Under the pieces are notes generated by a model. The model saw only the letters and a program-made list of their open reading frames with translations, made no database searches and was not told where the DNA came from. A stretch of DNA of 64,000 nt from Anaerolineae bacterium (GTDB taxonomy: Bacteria; Chloroflexota; Anaerolineae; DRVO01). Below are positions 19,387 through 26,231 of the stretch, in pieces. Position numbers and translations under genes: made by a program. The stretch covers positions 21,108 through 85,107 of the forward strand of contig JABLXR010000031.1 of NCBI GenBank assembly GCA_013178015.1, in the 5' to 3' direction. The stretch's first letter is position 1. Each line of letters starts with the position of its first letter.

Positions 19387-20568
19387 GTGAGCGTGACTGC
19401 AGCAAGCGACCAGCCACCGGGTAGCCCGGCTCTCGAGACCAGAGCGCCTAGCGTCCTGGTCAAGCCTGTGTCCGCCCGGTGCAACCTGGCTTGTCGATAC
19501 TGCTTCTATCGGGACCGGGCGAGCGACCCCTATCGAGGCGTACCGGCCGGAACCATGCCCCGCGAGACGTTGGCTGCCCTCGTGGCCCAGCACCTGCATC
19601 TCTCGGGGCCGGTCGCCGTGTTTGGCTGGCAAGGGGGAGAGCCCACTCTGGCGGGCCTCGACTTCTTCCGCCAAGTAGTGAACTTCCAGGAACGATACGG
19701 CGCCTCCGGTCAGGTAGTGTGCAACGCGCTGCAGACGAACGGTGTGGCGCTGGACGCCGAGTGGGCCCGATTCCTGGCTCGCTACCGGTTCCTGGTTGGT
19801 GTGAGCCTTGACGGCCCTCCAGAAGTGCACGATCGCTGGAGGCCCGGCCACGGTGGGGCGCCCACCTACGAGCGGGTCATGGCCGGCATCTCCATCCTGA
19901 GGCGGTATCGGGTGGAGACAAACATACTGGCGGTCGTGCACTCCGCCAATGCTCACCTCGCGGAGACCACTCTGTCGTTCTTCCACGCCCAAGGCCTGCG
20001 GCACCTCCAGTTCGTGCCGGCCGTGGACCGTCTCCCCGACGGATCCCTGGCGGCACACTCCCTCGCTCCGGCCGCTTACGGCGAATTCCTCTGCCGCCTA
20101 TTTGACGCCTGGTATCAGGACGGCCGCCCGGAGCTCTCCATCCGTCTCTTCGACAATCTGGTGGGTATCGCCGCCGGGCACCCCAGCGAGATGTGCGAGC
20201 TAGCAGCACGTTGCGACAGCTACTACGTGGTAGAGCACAACGGTGACGTGTATCCTTGCGACTTCTTCGTGGACCGGCCCCGCTACCTCGGCAACCTGCT
20301 TCGTGAGCCGGTGACCCAGATCCTGAAGAGCTCCCGCCGCCGAGCGTTCGCCAGCACCAGACAGACGCTGCCCCAGGGGTGCGCCGACTGCGTGTGGCTG
20401 ACCGTGTGCCACGGGGGCTGCCTGCGGTATCGCTTCGCTGGTACGGGCTCCCTCACCGGGGCCAACTGGATGTGCGAGGCCACCATCATGCTGCTCGAAC
20501 ACGCCTGGGAGCGGATCTGCACTCTAGCCGCAGCCATTCCTTCACATGCCAGCTCTCCCCCAGCGTGA
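19387..20568 (+). CDS. radical SAM/SPASM-domain protein (anSME-like maturase family)
   Basis: GTG start. The CNLACRYC (Cx3Cx2C) motif begins at residue about 31. The C-terminal SPASM cysteine cluster reads …CADCVWLTVCHGGCLRY…. Confidence 0.85.
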   Translation: MSVTAASDQPPGSPALETRAPSVLVKPVSARCNLACRYCFYRDRASDPYRGVPAGTMPRETLAALVAQHLHLSGPVAVFGWQGGEPTLAGLDFFRQVVNFQERYGASGQVVCNALQTNGVALDAEWARFLARYRFLVGVSLDGPPEVHDRWRPGHGGAPTYERVMAGISILRRYRVETNILAVVHSANAHLAETTLSFFHAQGLRHLQFVPAVDRLPDGSLAAHSLAPAAYGEFLCRLFDAWYQDGRPELSIRLFDNLVGIAAGHPSEMCELAARCDSYYVVEHNGDVYPCDFFVDRPRYLGNLLREPVTQILKSSRRRAFASTRQTLPQGCADCVWLTVCHGGCLRYRFAGTGSLTGANWMCEATIMLLEHAWERICTLAAAIPSHASSPPA

Positions 20569-20598
20569 GGGAGAGAAACACACCCGGAGGCCTTCCTG

Positions 20599-21534
20599 AT
20601 GCGCATCGTCTTCTTCTCTTACCGCGGCACCATCGGCGCCCGCTGCTTACAGTGGCTCCTGCAGCAGCCACAGGCAGAGGTGCTGGCGGTGGTCACCTGG
20701 CCTGATTACGTTCACCCGGAGATCAAGATCGCCGTCAAGGAGGTGCTCTACGATGCGCACCTTCCCCTCTACCAGCCGCGGGATGTGAACTCGAGTGCCT
20801 TCGTCGCCCTCCTGCATTCGCTCCGGCCGGACCTGTTCGTTTCCATGTACTTCGGCAAGCTCTTCAAGGCCCCGCTCCTTTCCGTCCCACCCCAGGGCTG
20901 TGTCAACATCCACAACTCGCTTCTGCCCCGATACCGAGGCCAGGCGCCCAACATCTGGGCGGTAGCCAACGGGGATACCGTATCCGGCCAGACCATGCAC
21001 TACCTGGATGAGGGGATGGACACTGGAGACATCATCGCCCGCAAAGAGATACCTGTGGACCCCGCCGACACCGGTTACACGCTGGGGGCAAAGCTGGAGG
21101 ACCTGGGGGTAGAGCTCTTCAAGGAGGCGTTCCCCGCCGTGCTGAATGGTACCGCTGGCCGCCAGAAGCAGGACGACTCTCAGGCTACGGTCTGCCGTGC
21201 GCCTCGTCCTCACGATGCTCGCATAGACTGGACCCGTCCAGCTCCGGCCATAGCCAACTTCGTCCGGGCCTTCACCAGGCCGTATATGGGAGCCTTCACC
21301 CGGCTGGGCGGGCTCACAGTCCGGGTCTGGTCCTCACGTCCCGCCCCCGAGCTTCCGTGGCAGGCGGATGCCGCACCGGGCGACGTGGCAGGAGTGGAGG
21401 CCGAGGGACCAATAGTGCGCTGCGGCCAGGGCCACCTCATCCTGACCGACTTTGAGGTAGAGGGCATCCAGGACCGGAGCTCGGCCCTGTCACTGCTTTC
21501 GGCAGGCAGGCGTAGCTGCGCCTCGTTCGCCTGA
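20599..21534 (+). CDS. formyltransferase-family protein (Fmt/ArnA-N-like)
   Basis: The N-terminus MRIVFFSY…, an NIHNSLLPRYRGQAPNIWAV (SLLP/HxSLLPxxRG) motif and an Fmt-like C-terminal domain are present over 311 aa. Confidence 0.8.
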   Translation: MRIVFFSYRGTIGARCLQWLLQQPQAEVLAVVTWPDYVHPEIKIAVKEVLYDAHLPLYQPRDVNSSAFVALLHSLRPDLFVSMYFGKLFKAPLLSVPPQGCVNIHNSLLPRYRGQAPNIWAVANGDTVSGQTMHYLDEGMDTGDIIARKEIPVDPADTGYTLGAKLEDLGVELFKEAFPAVLNGTAGRQKQDDSQATVCRAPRPHDARIDWTRPAPAIANFVRAFTRPYMGAFTRLGGLTVRVWSSRPAPELPWQADAAPGDVAGVEAEGPIVRCGQGHLILTDFEVEGIQDRSSALSLLSAGRRSCASFA

Positions 21535-21682
21535 GCCCATCGGGCGAAGGATGGCACGGCGATCCGCCTCTTCTGCCCGCCCAACCTCTCGATGGCTTTC
21601 CCTGTGGCTGTGACCCCTCGCCCGTCCCTACAGCCTGGCCAGCGTTGCCCAGAAGCGTCCGCCCCCTCATAACTGCGTCAAG

Positions 21683-21741
21683 TTGCCGGATCCGGCAAAA
21701 AAGTCTGCCGGATCCGGCAATCAGATTTGCCGGATCCGACA
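21683..21741. promoter_or_regulatory. three tandem palindromic operator-like sites TTGCCG-GATC-CGGCAA (ComA-box-like 6-N4-6 geometry)
   Basis: A perfect 16-bp palindrome at 21683-21698 with near-copies at 21706-21720 and 21727-21741, spaced about 22-23 bp apart and lying in an intergenic region. The half-site TGCCGGA recurs at 22454-22488. Confidence 0.6.
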
Positions 21742-21920
21742 TGACGAACCCTGCCTCAAGCCCGGTATCATACACCTGCGGTGGAAGCAAGGCCGTTGCC
21801 GTGGACCGCGGCGACACTGCCGCCAGGGAGGGGAGCCGACCACCTCCAGACTCGCACGGCGGCGGAGGGCCGGGCCTGCGACAGCTTCCGCCATATCTGG
21901 CCAGAGGTGGAGAGGTACCG

Positions 21921-22244
21921 GTGACCGCTCAGAATGGTACAAGGGCACTGGTGTATATTCGGGTGTCCTCGGGCTTCGGCGTGGACGGCCAGCGGGAACG
22001 CTGCCTCAGAGAGGCGATGCGTGCCGGCTGGAGGGTGGAAGCTGGTGACGTGTACATAGACGTAGGGACGGAGGGCGGCCGCGCCTGGCGAGCCCTGCGA
22101 CGGCGGCTTCTGGACGACCAGTCCGTAGCGGCCGTGATCGCCCAGGATCAGACTCGGGTGAGCCAGCAGCGCGACGTCTGGCTCGCCATCGCCGCCGAGC
22201 TGCGCGACCTGGGCGTCGAGCTGCGCACTCCTAGTGCCAGTTGA
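21921..22244 (+). pseudogene. truncated serine recombinase (resolvase catalytic domain only, no DNA-binding domain)
   Basis: A GTG start follows GGAGAGG. The sequence ALVYIRVSSGFGVDGQRERCLREAMRAGW… matches the resolvase N-terminal catalytic-Ser motif. It spans only about 107 aa and lacks the C-terminal HTH. Confidence 0.5.
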
Positions 22245-22423
22245 CCCCTCATCCGGGTACGACGGCCACGGCCAGGGCGTCTCGGGCGGCTGAGCACCCA
22301 TCCCGCACGGGCGCCAGCGGGGCCGCCTGGTCCCTGGCTGGACCCTGTCGGACTCGGACAGGGGCAGAAAGACAGGCCAGGCCGAGGGGAGGCCAACTCG
22401 GACATTGCCGGGTATTGCTTGAT

Positions 22424-22453
22424 TTGACGTGTAATGGAAATCAGCTCTAGTAT
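22424..22453 (+). promoter_or_regulatory. candidate sigma70-type promoter for the precursor operon (TTGACG-N18-TAGTAT)
   Basis: An AT-rich island stands out in a GC-rich background about 170 nt upstream of the precursor ATG. It is followed by the split palindrome CTGCCGGA-N19-TCCGGCAG. Confidence 0.4.
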
Positions 22454-22620
22454 CTGCCGGAAGTGCGAAAGTGGTACCTATCCGGCAGCCAGGCTTGGTG
22501 GGTCCGGCACGGCCGCGGAAGCGGCGGTGGCGCGCTCTGATCGCCGGGGCAGGTAGTGGGGCGGCATACCTTGCCTCCGGAAGGTTACGGCGCCGCTCTG
22601 GAAGCGCTCAGGAGGTCCGT

Positions 22621-22911
22621 ATGAATCATCTGGCCCGCGCTGTACACGACGCACTCTCAGGCAAGAGGTCCATTGATCAGCTCACTGAGACCGAGGCGTT
22701 GGCCCTCGAGGAGTCGCTCAGAAGCCTCGGGCGAGCCCGGGGCTCTGTGGGTCCCCAGGAGGCCTGGGCCGTGTCGCCAATGGCCCAAGCCGGACCGGGC
22801 CCCCAAGAAGCCTGGGCCGTGTCCCCTATGGCTGAGGCCGGTCCGGGCCCTCAGGAGGCCTGGGCCGTATCGCCAGCAAGCAAGACGGACCCCAGCGCCG
22901 GGGAACTCTAA
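22621..22911 (+). CDS. ComX-like precursor peptide with three tandem 16-aa Trp-containing repeats
   Basis: AGGAGG lies 5 nt before the ATG at 22621. The 43-aa leader is followed by GPQEAWAVSPMAQAGP / GPQEAWAVSPMAEAGP / GPQEAWAVSPASKTDPSAGEL, encoded by 48-bp repeats at 22750-22908 that carry synonymous differences. The ORF from 22471 is an over-extension. Confidence 0.6.
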   Translation: MNHLARAVHDALSGKRSIDQLTETEALALEESLRSLGRARGSVGPQEAWAVSPMAQAGPGPQEAWAVSPMAEAGPGPQEAWAVSPASKTDPSAGEL

Positions 22912-23101
22912 GCCGGTTCGGCCGTCGAGGAGCCAATCACACGCCTTGCCTGAGCTGGCAGGTTCTGTTCCCACGACTGCCGCGCCGGACCCGGGGTCTG
23001 CAGGCCACCTAGAAGGCTTCCGTGCCAGAGCCCGTGCCCTGATCGGAGGTTGCCTCAGCGAGGCGGGCGTCGAGCAAGCCTGTGCCCGGCAGATCAGCGA
23101 C

Positions 23102-23968
23102 ATGGTGGCCAGTTGGTTGGATCAGAGCCGGCATCACCAGGGCATACTAGACCTGCCAGCTCTCGTCTGCTGGGCCGCAGGGGGCGACCCCGTCCAGGCG
23201 GCGCCGGCCGGCGCCGCCTGGTGGCTCATGCGGTTTGCTGCCAAGCTCTTCGACGATGTAGAGGACGGCGACCTGTCCCACGGGCTTCCGGAGGCGGTGA
23301 ATCTGGCTTCTGCTGCCCTGATGGCTGCCCAGGCGCTCATCTTGGGCTCGGCCTGGCCAGCCCCGGCTGGCCCTACCGCTGTCGGCCTCGAGTTCGCCCG
23401 CGCCTGCCTCGTAGCTGCCGGGGGGCAGCATCTGGACCTGGCGGTCGCGAGCGGCCAGGCACACATTGACCCGGACCTCTGGCTCTCCATGGCCCAGGGC
23501 AAGTCGGGCTCGCTCCTGGGCTGGGCCGCGTGGGCCGGAGCCGTGGCCGCAGGGGTAGACCCTGCCCTCGCCTGCCACTTCCGTGACTACGGCAGATGGC
23601 TCGGCGTCCTGGTGCAGATTGCCGACGATTACGCCGATACGTGGAGCCCGACCTCTCCGGCCGACCATGGCTTCCGCGGCTCCTCGTTGGCGCTCGCTTA
23701 CGGACATCTGGTCTCCGATGGCGACACGAGGGCGGAGCTCGAGCTGTGGCTGAAGAGAGCCAGGGATGGCGATTGCTGCGCCGCTGAGCTCCTGCGCCGG
23801 AAGCTTGCTTCCCTCGGTGCGCCGGCCTTCCTCGTGGTGGCGGCCAGGGATTGCCGGGAGCGAGCGACGCGTGAGCTCAGGAAGACAGGCTGCCAGGCAA
23901 GTCGCGGTGCTCCCCTGCTGGGCCTCCTGGGACACCCGCTGAGATCGGTCGAGCAGGCGGGGGTGTGA
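23102..23968 (+). CDS. polyprenyl synthase-like isoprenoid transferase (ComQ-like)
   Basis: Two DDxxD motifs are present (AAKLFDDVEDGD and LVQIADDYADTW, the latter in an FQxxDDxxD-like context). The stop lies 4 nt before the kinase start. The start is uncertain: the first in-frame ATG is at 23102 and an upstream TTG at about 22947 is an alternative. The 22673 ORF start overlaps the precursor and is rejected. Confidence 0.65.
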   Translation: MVASWLDQSRHHQGILDLPALVCWAAGGDPVQAAPAGAAWWLMRFAAKLFDDVEDGDLSHGLPEAVNLASAALMAAQALILGSAWPAPAGPTAVGLEFARACLVAAGGQHLDLAVASGQAHIDPDLWLSMAQGKSGSLLGWAAWAGAVAAGVDPALACHFRDYGRWLGVLVQIADDYADTWSPTSPADHGFRGSSLALAYGHLVSDGDTRAELELWLKRARDGDCCAAELLRRKLASLGAPAFLVVAARDCRERATRELRKTGCQASRGAPLLGLLGHPLRSVEQAGV

Positions 23969-23972
23969 CGTC

Positions 23973-26231
23973 ATGGACTTTGCGCCGACCACACAGCTCT
24001 CCCGGAGTTCTCGTGCATCGGCCCTGAGCGCCCTGCACATCGTCCTGATAGTTGCCTGCGCCCTCCTCGTCCTCTGGGCCGCCTCGGCGGCAGTTGGTCG
24101 GTCCTGCAGGCACGGCGGAGGCACCGCCCCCTTCCACGGAGGGGCCTGTCCTTCTTTGGCCGAGGACCTGGCGCCGTTAGCGGTCGCCCTCGGACTGGCG
24201 ATGATAGCCTGGCGACTGCGACACCTGCCCCAACCCTCTCCCTTCCTCACCTTCATAGGCTTCTCGATTGCAGTGGCCTCCGGCAAGCTCGGGCTGCTCG
24301 GCAGCGATGTGGGCATGAGGCTGTACTTCATCTCGCTGGCGGGGGCAGCACCAGCTTTCTTCCTCCTTCATCACCGCCTGCTCGGGGAGCCGTTGGGGCG
24401 CCGTTCCCGGAGGGTCCTCGCGGCGCTCCTCGGCCTGGCCCTGGGGCTCGCCCTGCCGCCGGCTCTGGCCTCCTTCGCCGTCCTGGCAGAGCAGCCCTGG
24501 TACTCCCTGTGGCGGGGAATGGTCCGCCTGTCGGCGGCCTTGTCTGTGTTGGTGTCCGGAGCCTGGCTGGTGTTCTCCTGGAGGCGGGACTGGCCCGAGG
24601 TGAAGCTGCGACCCCTGCGTCTGGTAACCTATGGCAACATCGTCGCCTTCGCCCCTCTGGTGTTGCTGTCCATGCTGCCCGACACCTTTCACAGCCCAGT
24701 CTACGTGCCCTACGAGATCACCCTCTTTGGCTCCCTCCTGAGCCCGCTCTGCTACTCCCACGCTTTCACTATGACCGGTGCCCCGGGGCACGGGGTCCGC
24801 CTGCGGTTCCTTTCTGTCTACCTGATGCTGGCCGTCCTGCTCACCTTCGTCCTCCTGGTGGCAATGGCCGCTTTCACTGTCGCTGGCCTGCCAGTAGGTC
24901 AGGCCTGGGCGATCGCTCTGCTGGTCGCTTCGGCTGCCATCGTTGCCGTCGGGCCGAGCACAAGGCGGTGGTTCACCGGCCTGTCCGAGTGGACCTGGTT
25001 CGGTCGCGGCCCTGGGTACGACCAGATCCTGGATCGCCTGTCCGAGACTCTTTCCACCACCTTGGACCAGGAGCGTCTGCGCCGCATGCTGGTTTCCGAG
25101 CTCGTTCGGGAGTTAGGCCTCTCCGGCGCCGCTCTGTTCCTCAAAGACAGCACCGGTCACCTGCGTCTGGTCGAGGCCGTGGGGTCGATGCACCTGGAGA
25201 ATGCTGACCTGGCTGTCCCCGTGGATGGCCCCCTGGTGGAGCATCTCTCCACCCACCCACGCCCCGTCACCCAAGACGGACTGCGGCAGGCACTTGCCTC
25301 ACACAGCCTTGGCATGGCGGAGCGGTTCCTGCTGGCCATGGAACCGCCTCTCTGGGTGCCGCTCGTCTCGGGGGGCGAGGCGTACGGCCTTCTGCTGGTA
25401 GGTCCCAAGACCGATGCCGACTTCTTCACCCCTGATGACGTGCGCCTTCTGACACTGCTGGGCTACCGCGCCGGGGTGGCAGCACACAATGTGCTGCTTA
25501 TGAAAGAGCTGCGCCGCAGCCACGAGCAGCTTTCCCGGGCTCACCAGCGCCTCCTCGATGCCGTCGAGCAAGAGAGGCGACGCCTTGCCCACGAGCTGCA
25601 CGACGGAGCAGTGCAGCAACTCCTCGCCGTCACCTACCACGTCGCCCACTACCGGCACACCCTTGCCGATGACGGCGGCGAGCAGAGCTCGGCCGTGCAG
25701 GCGGCTTCCGAGGCGCTAGACTCGCTCCGGCAGGAGCTGCTAGCAGTGGTTACCCAGCTGCGGTCCAGCATCAGCGGCTTGCGCCCGGCCGGGCTGGACG
25801 ACTTGGGCCTGGCGGCGGCGCTGGCCGGCTACGTGTCCCGACTGGAACAGGAGCATCTGGGCCGCATGCCCGAGATTGAGCTGGACCTGGATGAGGGTTC
25901 GGCTCGGCTGCCCTCTCGCGTGTCCCTCTGTCTGTTTCGAGTGGCCCAGGAGGCCCTGCGCAACGCCATCAGGCATTCGAGAGCCGATTTTGTGCGTGTC
26001 AGGCTGAGGGTGGAGGCCGAGCGCGTTCACCTCCTGGTGAGTGACGACGGACAAGGTTTCGTCGTACCCGAGCGCCTGAGCCAGCTGACCGGCGAGGGTC
26101 ACTTCGGCTTGCTCAGCATCTCGGAGCGCGTCTCCCTGTTGCCGGGCAAGTTGACCATTCGCTCCCGTCCTGACTACGGAACGGAGATCTCTGTTGATGT
26201 TGACCTCAGCGAGGTAGACCCCAGTGATTGA
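23973..26231 (+). CDS. multi-TM sensor histidine kinase, HisKA_3/HATPase (ComP-like architecture, with GAF domain)
   Basis: About 8-10 N-terminal TM helices and a GAF-like region. The H-box LAHELHDGAVQQLLAV is of HisKA_3 type (NarX/DegS/ComP type), and a C-terminal ATPase domain follows. The protein is 752 aa. Confidence 0.85.
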   Translation: MDFAPTTQLSRSSRASALSALHIVLIVACALLVLWAASAAVGRSCRHGGGTAPFHGGACPSLAEDLAPLAVALGLAMIAWRLRHLPQPSPFLTFIGFSIAVASGKLGLLGSDVGMRLYFISLAGAAPAFFLLHHRLLGEPLGRRSRRVLAALLGLALGLALPPALASFAVLAEQPWYSLWRGMVRLSAALSVLVSGAWLVFSWRRDWPEVKLRPLRLVTYGNIVAFAPLVLLSMLPDTFHSPVYVPYEITLFGSLLSPLCYSHAFTMTGAPGHGVRLRFLSVYLMLAVLLTFVLLVAMAAFTVAGLPVGQAWAIALLVASAAIVAVGPSTRRWFTGLSEWTWFGRGPGYDQILDRLSETLSTTLDQERLRRMLVSELVRELGLSGAALFLKDSTGHLRLVEAVGSMHLENADLAVPVDGPLVEHLSTHPRPVTQDGLRQALASHSLGMAERFLLAMEPPLWVPLVSGGEAYGLLLVGPKTDADFFTPDDVRLLTLLGYRAGVAAHNVLLMKELRRSHEQLSRAHQRLLDAVEQERRRLAHELHDGAVQQLLAVTYHVAHYRHTLADDGGEQSSAVQAASEALDSLRQELLAVVTQLRSSISGLRPAGLDDLGLAAALAGYVSRLEQEHLGRMPEIELDLDEGSARLPSRVSLCLFRVAQEALRNAIRHSRADFVRVRLRVEAERVHLLVSDDGQGFVVPERLSQLTGEGHFGLLSISERVSLLPGKLTIRSRPDYGTEISVDVDLSEVDPSD

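Noticed and set aside
19387-20568. Calling the radical SAM protein an anaerobic sulfatase-maturating enzyme
   Set aside because: The sequence is anSME-like (Cx3Cx2C plus SPASM), but no sulfatase gene is present in 64 kb. A generic rSAM/SPASM call is safer.
21687-21692. GGATCC (BamHI-like) cores within the palindromes, a possible restriction-modification-related motif
   Set aside because: No R-M genes are nearby. The motif is better explained as the centre of a regulator-binding palindrome.
22471-22620. N-terminal 50 codons of the six-frame ORF containing the precursor (MVPIRQPGLVGPARPRKRRW…)
   Set aside because: Composition is Arg/Gly-rich and non-coding-like. A strong AGGAGG-N5-ATG at 22621 gives a sensible 96-aa precursor instead.
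22673-23100. Reading of the ComQ-like gene from 22673, overlapping the precursor in another frame
   Set aside because: The overlapping part translates to Pro/Arg-rich low complexity. The real protein most likely starts after the precursor stop, either at the TTG at about 22947 or the ATG at 23102.
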